64,000 nucleotides of DNA from Paramecium tetraurelia (Eukaryota): the NCBI GenBank assembly GCA_000165425.1, contig CT868230.1, positions 372,001 to 436,000 on the forward strand, in the 5' to 3' direction. A program made the position numbers and the translations under genes. Every line of letters begins with the position of its first letter. Position 1 is the stretch's first letter. Positions 1-14,600 of the stretch are shown here, one piece after another. The notes beneath the pieces are model-generated. The model ran no database searches, was not told the origin of the DNA, and saw only the letters and a list, made by a program, of their open reading frames with translations.

Positions 1-571
1 TAGTCGGCTCTATTTTGAAGTCAGGCAAACGATCAATTTTTAGTTCTACCTTGCCAGTTGATCGACCTTCGTTCTTGAAGTATATATTATCCACTTTTTC
101 CTTCCCCACTCGAACAAACCCCAAATTAATAAATGGCTCAAATACTATACTAAAATTAATTAATGTAAAAAATACGCAGCTTGAGGAGGAAAGGCAAAAA
201 GCGGTACATCAATTGTATAGTTACCATCCGACACAATTTTCAAAGAGTCCTAATACTATTCCAAACTGGCTGTTTCAAATGTTACTATCAGTTTCATTGA
301 GAGACCTGCTGCTATTGCACTATAAATTCTTCATAATGGACACATACCCTTGCATTTCATAATCACATCTGAAGTTAGAATGAGGTTGAAAAACTCGAAT
401 TCGCCTAGCAGTCTATGTTAAATTTCTCACAAAGACAGTGATTTCATAAGTCTAATTTATCTATATATCTTTAAATATGATCTCGCTAGGCACAACCTCG
501 ATAGGAGGGCCGGTTGACAACTGCTTAATCCGAGTCATTGTGCTGTTAAGACTTTTATTGCTCTAATTCAT
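1..571 (-). CDS. CFAP47: 5' part of a CFAP47-like ciliary protein (ASH/Ig-like repeats), runs off the window start
   Basis: ATG at 571. Code-6 translation with two tiny introns: MNQSNKS...IEVVPSEIIFKDIQINQTYEITVFVRNLTQTARRIRVFQP...IAAGLSMKLIVTFE...IVFEPFINLGFVRVGKEKVDNIYFKNEGRSTG, resembling the CFAP47 N-terminus. Confidence 0.7.
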
Positions 572-1207
572 TATTATTAATAATAAATTGTATATTCTAA
601 AAATGTGGATAAGAGAAAACACTCAATAAATGATTTCCTATTTTCACAATCAAGAAATAAAGTGCAAATAAAATAACAATTTCATATGTCAGAACTAAAT
701 TTCCTTTTTCAAATCAATCAACTTCATATTAAAAGATGAAATTACTAATTTGATTCTTCAGCAACCTAAATATTTTGTTTCTAGATACAAATTAAAAAAT
801 TAATATCACATTGTAAAGGGTTAAAAATAAACTCAAATATTAATCAATTTCAATTGTTTTTATAATAATTAATTGACCATTTTCCTCTAGTTGTGTTTTT
901 CTTAATATTAATTTATTTATTATTATATGTTTGAATTTGCGAGTTATTAAATCATATCTATCCATCATCATCATAATAGTTAATTTCTTATAATAATAAA
1001 CAATTATGATAATCAGTTATTTAAAATGTTTTTTTTACGATTTTTTTGGAAAGTGTGTACCAACGTAGATGTAAGTCCAAATAAAAATTTAATTTAGGAA
1101 ATCTTGGGATAAAATCGTGATGGTTTGCAAGCTTTTTATGGAAATAATTCTAAAGCATTAAAAAGTGTTTAATTTTAATAGTTGACAATTTTATATTTTT
1201 CCTGAAA

Positions 1208-4200
1208 ATGAACACCAATTAAGCATTTGGTTTGAGCAACAAGAAAAGTGGCTGCATATCATTGTTTATGAGCAGAGCAAAATAATTAATCTATACAATT
1301 GCACTTCAATAACTTGGTGGAGAACAATAACCAATAATAATAAATTGCTTTGTCATCCTTATTCAATATTTCTAGTTAGCATCTCTATTGTTTGGTCAAA
1401 ATTTTTTGAGAATTTGGAAAAATTATCATGTTTCACAAGGAATCCACGATTTTCTATAGTATAAAATATTTGACAAATATTAGGTATTTTCTTATTTCTC
1501 CTTATACATTAACATTTGATTATTCGTCTCTTTTGATTATGCATTATGTCTGTGTAGGGGTTTTTGTGGTTATGACGATGTTAGCCTGTTTCATAGGTTT
1601 TAATATAAAGAAAAGGAAGGAGGAAAATAGTTGGATACTATTGATATTGAAGATTATAATAAATTTGTTCCTTTCAATTTTATTTCTTCCATTCATCGAT
1701 ATATTCATATCAATTATAGATTGCTAGGATGATGGATATGGAAATTAAGTACATTATTATTTTACAAATTAATAATGTTGGGTAGGGGCACATATACTTC
1801 ATGGAATTATCGCCATTATTATACTTTTAATCTTTTATGGATTTTGTATGATTTTAGGAGGAATTTATTATGAATTGAAATTTATCCCTGATTAAGCCAA
1901 CTCATAATAAAATGGAAAGATTTCAGGATATTTATACACCTATCTATTGATAGTGGTAATTCTAATAAGACTTATAAAAGATTAAAAATATTAGTATTTG
2001 GAAATAATAATAATATTGATAGGTAGTTTAATATTATTAAAGAAATTTCATATGGATTAACCCTATAACTCTATGATCATACAAAAGTGTTGGTCAATTA
2101 CAGTTGGATTGAATTTTTGGGGAATCCTGCTACTATGCTGTGCAAAGATTCTGGAGTAACGTTATTTTAATGGGATTATATACACTTTTCTTGTTGGATT
2201 ACCAATACTTGCAGTTTCAATATTAAGAATAGAAAAATAGAATTTTGATCTCCTTTTAATAAACCATTCAAAGGTCAAATAAGTGGAGGATATTATCAAT
2301 TAGACCAATTATTTAGTGAAATTACTAAATTTAATTAAATTTGAAGATAATACTTAAATAATCATTGATGCCTTTTTAGAAATCCATAAAGGCACATGTG
2401 TTTAAAGTGATTGTTATTTGAAAGTGAAGAATTAAGCAAATATAAAATTAAGTAATGCTTTACTTAGGGATTCATCTTTAACTGAAAGAGAGGTCGATTT
2501 AATTTGTGTTTTAGGATAGATTTATAATAGTTAGATCAAAAGATTCCCAGAATCAATTCAATTGAGAATCCAATATGCCTACCATTTATCAGATTATATG
2601 AGATAATTACAGTAGGCTTACAATGAATTAAAGCAAGTTGAATATATGAATTTATAATTTGATGAGGAATTCATAATCATGAGAAAAAGGTCTTAAATTT
2701 AAGAACAATTAGATACATTTTAGAATGAAAACTTCGGGAAGGTTGACACAGAAACTGAGATCACATTTCAGAATAATTATCGATAACTTCAATAATTAAT
2801 TGAAGAGACAACCCTGATCTAAATGGATTTTTGGTCTTTATTACAAGAAGATTTCCCAGATTTTCAGAAACTCTATAAAAATGGCTAAAATGTAAGTAAA
2901 CTACTTCTTTAAATTGAGTAATTGTGGTTCAAAATCGAAAAAACAGCTTAGAACCTATCAAAAGCCTTAAGACTCTATGGAACTTTTATAAAAGAGGTTA
3001 TCTAAGATGAAGAATATGGTGATGAAATGTTAAAACAATCCGTCCTTAATTCACTGTAATATTAATAAAGTAAAAAGTAAGTTGTTACTTTCATATCTGG
3101 AGAAGATATTGGATTCGAACCATAAGCTACTGTGATTGTATCAACTTCAGTAGAAAAGTTTGCTTAAGTGATAACTCTGAATCAGTCATGTTGTAGATTG
3201 ATTGGCTATACGAGATAAGAAATAATAAACAGAAAGATCAATCTATTTATGCCAAATTTATATACAAAATTTCATGATCATTACATGGAAAGATTTTTAA
3301 TTACAAGCGATATAAAGAATATCAATAAGGAGAGATTCATCTTTTTAAAGGATAAATAAAATTATCTAATTCCTTGTTAAATTGTTTTGCGAATATTGCA
3401 TACACTAGAAGAAAATGTAAATCTAGCAGCTCAATTTATAACCATTAAATCATTTAAACCAACTTGTTATTTTATTTTGGATAATGAATACGTCATCGAT
3501 TCTATGTCTGCATCTGTATTTTCATTCTTTGGGATTGAAAACAGACATTTAACACAAAAAAAGGCATATTTTTAGTAATTATTCCCAGATTTCTTTGATG
3601 AGTTGGAGACTTGTAAAACCAAATTTGGAGGTCGTCTCAAATATTTCCCTGATAATCTCAAAAGAACAGTCCATTAATCTCTTTCGAGTATAAATGCATT
3701 AGAAAAAGAACTTGAGTTTAATTGCATATTAAGAGAAATTATGAATGCATCAGTTAATGAAATAACAGGATATTATGTAAAGCTAGAATTAATTAATGAG
3801 ACCTAGTAATAATAACGGTTAGCATCTGTTAAAAAAATAGGGGTAAGGAATTTATAATTTAAATATATGATCAATGAATAGATTTATCTAGGGGATTTCA
3901 TTCTAGAAGAAAATTCAAAATTATCAAATAGTATTCAATCAAATTCAGTGGATCATTCCTTTGAATCTTAGAATAATCATCATAATGAACATACACATAA
4001 GGAGTCTAGTAGACGTAGATCAACAAGGTTTGGAGACAGATTCTAAGTAATGATAGATTATTCAGAAAATATTAGAACTTTAAGATTATTTGATAATAAA
4101 CTCCAAGAAGTAGAGGATGAGGAAAGTTAACTTTCTGATGAGGATGAAAGAGAAAGTGTCTTTTAAGATTAGATTGAAATTAAATCAAGTTAATCATAGC

Positions 4201-6154
4201 TCTATGAATTTGATAACAATATATTTCATTCTAGGAAGAAATTATAGAAAATCATTGCTTCCTCAAATACACCAAAGGCCATAATCAGAGTTACATGGAT
4301 TGCTAATATTATTGCCCTTATCATACTAACATTGTCTATTATTGATTATTCTATATCGAATTCACAATCAGATCAAATTTATGATACAATCCTTTTAACA
4401 AATCAAGGGAATATTCGAAATAGTGAATTAGGTATCATATTAAGTTCAGTCTTAAATTTGTAGCTCTTAAGCAGAAATGTTTTCAATATGAATAAAACAT
4501 AAGCTACTTAGTATGAATAACAATAGAAATAATTCATTAATGATTCAATTTCGATGATTAATGATATCAATTAGCAAATTCTACTATTGGTAGACAGTAT
4601 GACTTCTTCAGCCTTTGAATTTGAATACAACTTGATTAATATCAAAATTAAATAGAATTAAGAAACTATTCAATTATATAACCTAAATTAAGCTATCCAA
4701 TAAATTCTGAGTAAGTCATTAATACTAAAAGATAAGAGTATCTCATAATTTAATTATTAAGATTTAGATGTTTCATTTGTAAATTATAACTTACTAAATG
4801 ATATATATTAGTCTTTAAAATAATCTTCCAATTATTTTATTGACAATCTCATTACAAATGCCTCCAAAAAGTATACAGCCATTCTATTACTGTTATTAAT
4901 ATCAATCTCAACAATTAGTATTGGTATTTTACTTATCGTGATTGCAATGTTATCGGTTTCAAAGTCTTAAACTGAAATTTTACAATTATTTTTGAATTTA
5001 CCAGACAAGACTATTAGATATTTGTATAGATAAAGTGAAAATTTCTTATCAAATCTGTAAATAGGGGAAGATGGGGATCTCACTTCTGAAAATGATAGCA
5101 ATTAAGATCAAGAGGAGAAACATGATCATAAACAATTACAAAATACTTTAAAAACAAAAAGAACAAAAAAGAAATTTAAAAATAATAATGGTGAAGATAA
5201 TTATCATATCTATGCAATCATTATTACAATGCTCTTAATTTAATTTTATTTCATTTTAGCCTTCATCTTTAGTAAAACATAGGTCGATTAAATTGAAATA
5301 GTTTGTTCTGAATTCAATTTAACAGCAAGAAGTGAATCCTACTTTCGCTTTTCAGAAATAAGTTAAAAGTCCTTGTTTTATTCAAGAAATATGAATATTT
5401 TGAATTCTGATCCTTACGACCACGTGATGCAGAACATTGATGAATTATTCAACCATGATTCCATTTTTTAAGAATATCATTCTCAAAACATTGAATTACT
5501 TGATTCAGCCTATATTGATGCTTTTACCTCTTTATATGTATATAATCCTTGTGATATACTAAATGATTAAGACTAATAGATCGATATTGATATCTGTAAT
5601 TAATTTATGGACAAAGCATTCTCATAGGGTCTTAATGTAGGATTACCAAGATTCATAGAAAACCAAAGGTATTTGATGACTATCTATAATTAATTCTATG
5701 GTAATCCATCAGCAAATTTTACTCTCTTGGCTCGTGGATTCACGAGTTTTAGAAATATTACCAAAACAAGTGACAATAGTACCAATTTTATACTTAATTT
5801 AAACAACTTTGTATAAGCTTAAGAGAATAGAGAAGTCCAGCATTTGTATTTTAAAAGTAATTTGATGTAATTTATTTAGGTGCATTTAGATATTTAACAA
5901 ATAAATTTATCCTAGGATTCAAGAATGATTTAAATACTTTAAAATTACAAAGACTGGCTATTTTTATAGTATTTTTAATATTCTTAATTGTGATTTATTT
6001 TTTATTTTGGCTTCCTTTGAATTTAACTCTTACTAAGAATATGCTTGATGCAAGAACGATGATATTGATGATCCCTTTGAGAATCATTCAAAGAATCAAA
6101 TAATTGAAAGATTACATAAGATATAATATTCAAGAAGTAGGTTAGGATGTTTGA
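1208..6154 (+). CDS. Large multi-pass membrane protein with PAS domain (TmcB/TmcC-like)
   Basis: About 1600-codon ORF in code 6 with one intron near 5858-5879. N-terminal hydrophobic helices, PAS-like segment (VITLNQSCCRLIGYTRQEIINRKINLFMPNLYTKFHDHYMERF), C-terminal TM helices ending MILMIPLRII. Confidence 0.8.
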
Positions 6155-6231
6155 TTTTATGTTTCATAATTAATATTATATTAAATACATTAACTAAGTA
6201 CAAAATATAAAAATTGGATTAAGTGTAATAT

Positions 6232-6922
6232 TCACTGTTTACTTCTAAATGATAACTGAAACAAATTTCCAATTTCTTTAGCTTTATATGGGTTCAATTT
6301 TAAAGGATAATAGATGTCAGATGTTTTATCTTACTTTTTTATACTTTTGTCACAACTATTCAAAGTATTTCTATGAGAACGCTGTTATTAAAACCCTTAG
6401 TAATCTTCCTCATTTAACTTTGATCGCTAGCTAAGTTGGGGAGATTGTTGTTTCAGTAGGTTCTTGGAAGAGTTTGAGACATTGAGCTTAAAAGTAAATT
6501 AAGGAGTGTTGTCATAGAGATTTCTAGCTTTGTATATGGATCTGTCAAGCTATTTACTCAAAGTCTATTGAAATGGAGTTTATTTAGTAAATAATTTATA
6601 GATCTTCTAAAGTGATTATAATTATTTATTTTACTTATTGTATTATTTATTATGATTATTATTGGTTAGTAAAGGAATACTGGGATTTTTAAGATTCACT
6701 TGTTTAGAATGGAGGTTTTGATTTAAATTTGTGTGTGTCGATTGTTTTTATTAGTTTTTTGTTTTTTTTAAAATAGGATGAATTTTATTGACCATAAAAC
6801 TCTTAACTTAATTATCTATAAAAATCATCGTCATTATTTATTTTAAATTTATTTTCAGTAGGTTAAAATTAATAAGAATCATCTTTTTCCATCATAAGGC
6901 TAACAAATCCTTCTGAATTCAT
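6232..6922 (-). CDS. Hypothetical low-complexity Q/N/S-rich protein
   Basis: Open code-6 frame MNSEGFVSLMMEKDDSY...EIGNLFQLSFRSKQ*; no recognisable domain. Confidence 0.55.
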
Positions 6923-6964
6923 TAAAAATTAATTATTATTATTATTATATATATATTTAACTCA

Positions 6965-7726
6965 TCATTACTCACTAAGAATGGATAAGTTCTTAACCTA
7001 TTATTACTTGAGCAACATCTCTAATTAGTTAATTTAATCAAATGTCTTAGCATTCTCCAATAATTTTTTTATATGTTCTTTGTCTAAAGTAGCATCTTTC
7101 AAATTAATTAAATTCATATAATCAGTCAATTCATCAGGCTTGAAAGATTCCTCAGCCTTTTGTCTTTCCTAAATTGAATTTATTAATTTAAATACTTAGT
7201 GTGTAACTTTATTGAAATCAAGTATTTTTAAATTAGGTAAAATTGCAATAACTTTATATCTATAATCAGGCTATTGAGTTATAAGATTCCCATGCAAAAT
7301 TAAACGCTTGAGCTTTTTACAATGCTTTAATTGATATAATTCATTGATATCAGTGAGTCTGTTATTCATCAAGATTAAATTTTCAATATTTGGTAATGAA
7401 TCAGATACATCTGTCAATTTAGTGATTCTATTGTTGGATAAATTCAGAGTCTTGAGTCTTAGATAAAAGTGATAAATGATAATACCTCTTTAATAAGGTG
7501 AGATTCCCTAGCTTTTTGATATCATTATCCCCTAAATCAATGTGATCAAAAAAATCCTACATAAAAGAATCTTGATACCAATGTAGCTCCTAAGTTTTCA
7601 ATGGCTGTAATTTTCTTTGCTAAAATGTTTATATTAAATTCTAGTACCTCGTAGATCAAGCTATCTTTCATTTAATGGATTAATAAAGTGATGTGATCCT
7701 TATATTAATTCAGAATTAATTTTCAT
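6965..7726 (-). CDS. SNRPA1: U2 snRNP protein A' (leucine-rich repeat)
   Basis: MKINSELIQGSHHFINPLNERQLDLR..KITAIENLGATLDFFDHIDLGDNDIKKLGNLPLLKRLKTLNLSNNRI...PDYRYKVIAILPNLKILDFNKV; several ~25-nt introns. Confidence 0.93.
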
Positions 7727-7749
7727 TAATATATTTATATATAATATAA

Positions 7750-8834
7750 TCAACCTGTAAATTGAAAACAATAAAAACAAAATGTCTATTAGATACCTCT
7801 AACATCTACTTACCATGCATACTAGAATTCGCATTGGGGACAGCTTCCAAATGAGCCTCTAAATAAGAATTTCTCAATTATTTGCATTCGAACCAAAAAT
7901 GAATGTGCAACATCGCTTTATCTCATTGTTGACTATATATGCTCCATAATAAAATTAGTTTAGTGATCCTTATCTTAATGCAATTTAGTACTCCTAATTT
8001 CCGAGCGCAATAAAATGGACATGTATTTCCCCTGCAATAACTTGAATGATGAATATCTTGAAATAATTGCTCAACCTTTTCATGGCAATCTTAACATTCT
8101 ATTTTTTATTCACAACCTAAAGTAATAGTAAACATAAATCTAATTACAATTTCGATAATGATTCTAAACAAATTCTGGATACTTGACTACCTATTTGCAA
8201 TTATCATTAGGACATTTTATACTTAAATTTTTTATTAAAACTTATGCTCTCAAACTATTTGGAGGTGCTGGTAATAATTCTTATTTACAAATTGGACACG
8301 CCTGTCTCACATCTTCTATATTTCTGATATTATAATAACAATCTTTGCAAATTTCATGACCTTACATGCAAACTATAATTGGAATTTAATTGAATTCTCT
8401 ACAAACTGGACATATTAATTCAAGCTTTGTGATTTCTTCATTCAGTTCTTATTACGATTCCAAATTAATAAGAGTTTCAAATTTTAGCAATTTAGAATAA
8501 TAATTGATTTTTGCTATCTCTTCTATTTCACTTACGACACATTATCCGCAAGTATAGGATTATTCTACATTACAACGTTTACATGTATTTGGCAATGTTA
8601 AATATTTTAGTAGTTCTTTTAGGTCGATTTGGTGTTTGCATGAATCAATGGGGCACTTAATTTAAAATTTAGATTTCTTAGATTACACAGTATTGGTTAA
8701 TATCTGCTTGAAACAATCCTAACAGAAATGATGTTCGCATTCTATCAATAAATTAAATATGAACATCCGAATGAATAAGAAGGATCCATTGCTTCACATT
8801 AAGCACACTATTTAGTCTATTTAATTTTATGCAT
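7750..8834 (-). CDS. Multi-RING/zinc-finger protein, probable E3 ubiquitin ligase (RBR-like)
   Basis: CAQC...CEHHFCQDC...KCPIDSC; CPVC...GHEICKDC...CPICK; C-terminal CPQC...CFYC. Confidence 0.75.
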
Positions 8835-8869
8835 TATTAATTATTAAATAAAATTAATAAAATCATTTC

Positions 8870-11383
8870 ATGTTTTTAAAGTATGATCTTGGCTTTATAG
8901 TAGTTTTGGTCGATTTTTGGGATTCGGATTCTAATCTAAAATGGACACATTGCTAAAATAAGACAACCTAACCTTAGAAGCCATTTTGAATGAGGAAGAC
9001 ATATTATCTGAGTTGAAAAATTAGAGTTCAAGCAAATTTGCTGATTTGTAAAATTTACATACAAACTATTCTCTAGCATTGTTTAGCATCCAAATGAATA
9101 CTCTAAAATGATTTATTACATCACCAATGATGTTACTGATCGAGAGTAAGATAGGAATACATGCATAAAGTAAAAATAATATATATATATAAATTTATAG
9201 ATATCCCTTTTTGATAAGCGAAGTATTGGGTTCTGAAAATGAGAAATTGATTAATTTCCTATTTGAAAAATAAGGAGACATCTCCCAAGAGGAAATACAA
9301 AATCCTCTTGAAGATTAACCAACAGAAAGTTAACCTTAAGAATTCCAAAATGACAACGAAAATTTAAGATAGAAGCTTTTACCTGACCTTCTTTCTATAT
9401 TGGAACATGATAGTCTCTTAATTACATCAGCAGGATATTTTACGAAGATTATTTCAGCCATAATTCATAAAAGAGGATATGATGTATTGATTTTAATAAA
9501 TTAAGTTTTGGGAATATTTAAAAAGCAATCCAGAAATAATTTCAAATTTATTTAAGCATGCAAACATTAGGCATATTACAGAAATATTTGAAAAGTTGAT
9601 CATTTTAGATACATGTTAAGAAGAGCATGATGAGAGGTTGTTTATACAAGAGAGACAACTTTTAATAGCTAGATTACTCAAATACCTTAAAGGATAATCA
9701 CATTAAAACTCAATAATTACAAATATATGTGAATCACTCATTGAAGTTTATAAAAGAGCATTGATGTCTCTTGATACTATGGAAGTTTTGAGAGAAATCT
9801 TATTAACCATTGAAAAACCAGCGTTCTTTATGAGTTTAGCTTTCGATACTTAAAATAGTTCTTTGTATAATTTACTCAATGTTCAATATGAGTTTTATAC
9901 CAAAATGTCATAGCTTGAAGAAAAACACTACGATATTTAATTCTCTACTCTTTATAGTCCAGTAATTGATGAATCAATAAAGGCTCTAATTCAATAGGAT
10001 ATATTGAGAGCATCCTTTTAAACAACCTATGGAGCAACAGTTAAACCACTAGGCGATTCAAAATTATCTTTAATATAATTAATTGTGTAGTTAATCTAGA
10101 AATAAGAATTGGCAATCATATTTTAATAAGGACAAATATTTCAATAAGTAATTAATTTAGTGCTTGACTATTCGACTAATAATTAATTGCATATTTTATT
10201 TGAAAAAATGATAGTAGCAATTATAAATTCCAAACAGCCTCATTTGCATGAACTCCTTTTCCAAACTAATTTTTTGAATTTCCTCATAATAAATAACGGC
10301 TTAGAGGAAAGGAAAAAAAAGCATGGATATCAAGGTATACTAACTAAAATAACTAATTATATTAATTCTCCTAATGTCCTTGAATAATATTTAGTAGTCT
10401 AAACCGCAATCGCCAATATTCAAAATGATTGGTAGAAATATATTGAAGAATTAAAAGTAGTTAATTAAATTGAATAAGCATGGTTACTGGGTATAAATCC
10501 AAAATTCAGAGAATAAGTTAATGTAGATTCGTTTAGTCCTCCTCTTTTATGGCCTGAACCTTTAGGCTCTGGCTAATATCAAACCACTAATAACCAAACT
10601 GCTGAAACTAGTGAAAATAGTGAAACCCAACAAGACTCCTAAGAAGAAAATTCAAATCATAATTAATACCAAGATAGTAATGAATATAATCAACCAGCAG
10701 ATTAATTCGATTCAGAAGAAGCCTAAATTGATAATGAAAAGGAAGCACCTTTAGAAGTTGTTCAAGTGAGGGAAGAAAATTTAGAATAATTAGAAGAATA
10801 ATAAATTTAAAAGCATGAACAATAAATTTTAGATTCACCAGTATATGTTACAGATGTTTAGCTTTAATTTTAATACGAGAATATTCCTGAATAAACTAAA
10901 GAAGTTTCAGAATAATAACCAAATTTGATATAAGAAGAATAACCATAAGAAATGGCATAACATAAAGAAGAATCTAATTAAGAATAACAACAATAAAGTA
11001 AAGATTAAATTTAAGAAGAATAGAATTTACATCAAGAATAACAAAAGCAAGAAGAATAATAACCATAAAAGGATGAATAATTACCAATGCTAGAAGAATA
11101 ATAACCAAAGCAAGAAGAATAATAACCAAAGCAAGAAGAATTATAACCATAACAGGATGAATAATAACCATAACAGGAAAAATAATTACCATAAAAGGAT
11201 GAATAATTACCATAAAAGGATGATTTATAACCATAAAAGGATGAATAATAACCATAAGAGGAAAAATAATTACCATAACAGGATGAATAAAAACTATAAG
11301 TGGAATAGTAATTACCCTAGACAGAAGATCATGAGAATAAAGAATAAATTGAGCAACCAAAATAACCCTAAGAGGAAGCTTGA
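8870..11383 (+). CDS. SIT4/PP6 phosphatase-associated protein (SAPS family) with acidic Q/E-rich tail
   Basis: MFLNFGRFLGFGFQSKMDTLLKQDNLTLEAILNEEDILSELK, KYPFLISEVL, AGYFTKII, TTYGATVKPLG, HGYQGILTKI: SAPS/PPP6R motifs. Confidence 0.85.
11040..11300 (+). repeat. Coding tandem repeat, 21-nt unit (e.g. TAACCATAAAAGGATGAATAA) encoding about (Q/L)PQKDEQ / QPKQEEQ
   Basis: About 12 imperfect 21-nt copies visible in the SAPS 3' region. Confidence 0.9.
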
Positions 11384-11625
11384 AATAATATTATTATTAA
11401 TATTATATTTTGAATTTACAAATGTATGCATTTATGAGATTACGATTATTAAAATTTATTATTTCTAACTGGATATCTTGGTTTCGTTATACAACCCAAA
11501 AACTATCAAAAGAGCAAACCTTATATTAGTTTTCTTTAATAAAGTATAAAATTAAGATTAATCAGAATATATTATAGATTACCTAAGTTAATATGATAAA
11601 TTAATTTATCAAATTATATATATAA

Positions 11626-14600
11626 TCATTATTCTGCCTTTTAAGTCTTTTTCCTTTTAATAAATTTGTTATGTTTTAAATTCTTCATTCTAAGTGCTGC
11701 AGTTTTTCTTGCTTCATTCATTATAGCTAGATATCTGTGTTTGAGTTCAGATTGATATTAATTAAATAGCCTAGACCATTCATTTTGATTTAATCTCATC
11801 TTAAATTTTGGTTTTGTGTCAGAACACATGTTCTCAGTTAATTTTAAAATTAAATTAGGAAAAGGTTATTAATCTTGTGGTAATTGGCGAATTTTATTAA
11901 AAATAATATCTTTAAAAATTATAGAATTTTATCCATTTCTTCTCCTTGAAAGTTCTCTTTTTAGTAAAATTAATTTAATATCTTAATCATCCTTTGCTTT
12001 CAGTTATTTAATTTCAGGACCATCAGCCTTAAATCTCATCATTAGTTTACCCCTGTCTATGTTTATCTATTGCCTATGGGTTTCTTTGTATTCATTTAAT
12101 TTTGTATAGAACTTAAATAATATATATAGATAGATTACATCTCTCATTTATAAAATGAATTCTCTTCTGGTTTTTACAAGATGATGTGTGAGAATTTCAT
12201 ATTTTACTATTAATTCTTCCATGAATACTTTTTCATGAACTTACAACTATATCATCATTTGATAGTCAAATCTTATTTTGGCTGTTACGCTAAGAGCTAT
12301 ATTATCATGATATCTAGTATATGGAAGGAACACTCTTCCAAGAATTTTAGGATCAATGTCTTTAATTTCTTCATCTATTTATACAACGGCTTTAACTTTT
12401 CTTAACAAGTTTGTTCTCAATTCTGAAGCTTTACAGACTGGTTTTAATTGAAATTTCAAATCGTTCCAGTTTAACTACTTTTATGGAGTAGTTAATTTCT
12501 ACAAAAGATTCTACTGTTTTTCCATTAGATCAGGTATTTCAAATTATTTTAATTCTTCCTTCTCCTTTTCAGTCATTTAGCCTTTAAAACTTTATCTCAA
12601 ATATTCATCCCATTTATAATTGAGATAACTCAATTGAACTTAAAAGTTATGATTATACCATCTACAAAAACTTTAAAGTGATTATGTTTTAATCAAGATT
12701 GTTGATAAGTTGATTCTAAATTTAACAAATAAAGAACTTTTTAGATTAAATAGATTAATTTTTCTAATATATGTATATTTAGATTTAATTCTAAAATGAA
12801 TTTTGAATCTAAAAATGAATGATAACAAAATCTTCTTTTATCTTAAACCTAATTTCAATTTAATTTTCTTAATTATATTTCTTTTTCTAATTGTATTTTA
12901 GATGACTCTAGCTTTCATGTGCTCTTTAAACATTAATCGTTTCAACTCTAAACCTCTTTGAGATGTATCCTACATCATTTATTAAATATTTTCCATATTA
13001 AAATAAGTCAAAATCATCCCAAAAACCTACATGTTCTATTATTATCTAATTATTTCTAATCTTTTTTTGAATCTAAATTCTGGTGATTTTTCTTAGATTT
13101 ACTATTGAATATGTTGAATCTTCTCTAAAAAATTATCCTACTTTTTTTATTGGACTATTTTTAACTTCATGTTTCTTTCAGATGCTGAAGCTTAGATACC
13201 CTTTATAATTTCTTCTTTATTTTGGATGAGTACTTTTGTTAACTGCATTTTCTCAGCTATTTCCCTGTTAAATTCTTCTCTTACCTTTTGCTTTTTTATA
13301 AATATTTCTTTCCTTTTTTATGACAATGCTTTTAAATCCCTTTTCACAGTGTGGAGAAAATAAGGATCAAACTGATCAAATTTATCATGATACTTCTTTC
13401 TATCATTGAGATAATCGCTTTTTCTTTTGCAAATCTTAGAGTTCAATTAAAAGTAATTTTGATTTTCAATTGATTACTTATTGTTATCATTCAATAAAGT
13501 CTTCATAAATTTGGATTCATCTTACGACTTAACCATGAGGATGTATTAGTACTTCAAAACATCATTCTCATGACTTAACAATTGATCTATGTCTTAACGC
13601 TATTCCCAATTTTAGGATTATGTTGGAGTAGTATTGCAAACAGGAATGTAAAGATAATTTTGATATTCTAATTATTTTAATTTGGATTACACATCATCAT
13701 AATCCTAATTTACTTGAGTATGAAAGTTAATCATCTCAGTGTCCAACCTTAAAGATTTGGCATTCCATTTATTCTTTGGAACTCCTTTCAGAGAATCAAC
13801 TTAACTTTTCATCTTCTTTAATAAACCTGCTGTCTATTCATATTAAGTATTCTTTGAGGGTAATTCCAGAGTATCATACAATATGTGATTCGAAGTTGGC
13901 ACCTATACTTAATCAATCTTATTCTTTTTATCAGCAAAATCTTTAATAAATGCAGCTTCCTCTCTAACTCTTTTTTATTAATGTGAAGTATAGGAATCAA
14001 CATTCAAACTTGGTATTTTGTACTTTGAATTAGCTGGAACTATAAGAACAGTAGATGTGCTACCCATTGCAGCATCGATTACTTTGATATTGTTTAATTC
14101 TATCAATTAAGGATACCTGACTTTGTCGCCTAAATCCCCTAAACAATTTTTGACATTTATTCCCCATCCATACAACTAACCTGATAAATCTAAGGCTCCA
14201 AAATGAGAATCCCCAGCCATAATTTTGATAAAAGGCTTCTGCTTCTAACAAAGTTTGGATGGTATGACAGCCTTAGATAAATCGATCTAAAATGGACCTT
14301 TACCCCATCCATAAATATCTCCCTTCACATCGAGTGCTATGCTATAATTGGAACCACAAGCACAAGACATTATTTTCGTTTAGAAATCATCAATCAATTT
14401 TGGACTTAATTGTTCTTTCTAATTAAAATCCATGTAACCCAATTTTCCATCCGAAAAGTCTCCCCAACTCCACACTTTACCTTACTCATCCCAAGCCAAC
14501 ACATGCTTCTAACCGCAAGCTATACCGATGAACTAAACTGTAAATTATTGATGCAATCCCAAGCAAAATAATTTACTTGGAGTTAAAAGATAAGTTGTTG

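Noticed and set aside
10974..11468. Track ORFs with (VIIHPFM)n and (NNYHKRM)n repeats
   Set aside because: Antisense and off-frame readings of the SAPS 21-nt coding repeat; no spacers, so not a CRISPR array either
11470..11535. GTTATACAACCCAAAAACTA resembling a ciliate telomerase-RNA template inside a weak hairpin
   Set aside because: Only three C residues, whereas Paramecium telomerase RNA templates TTGGGG. The GUCA boundary element is imperfect and I see no pseudoknot or upstream element
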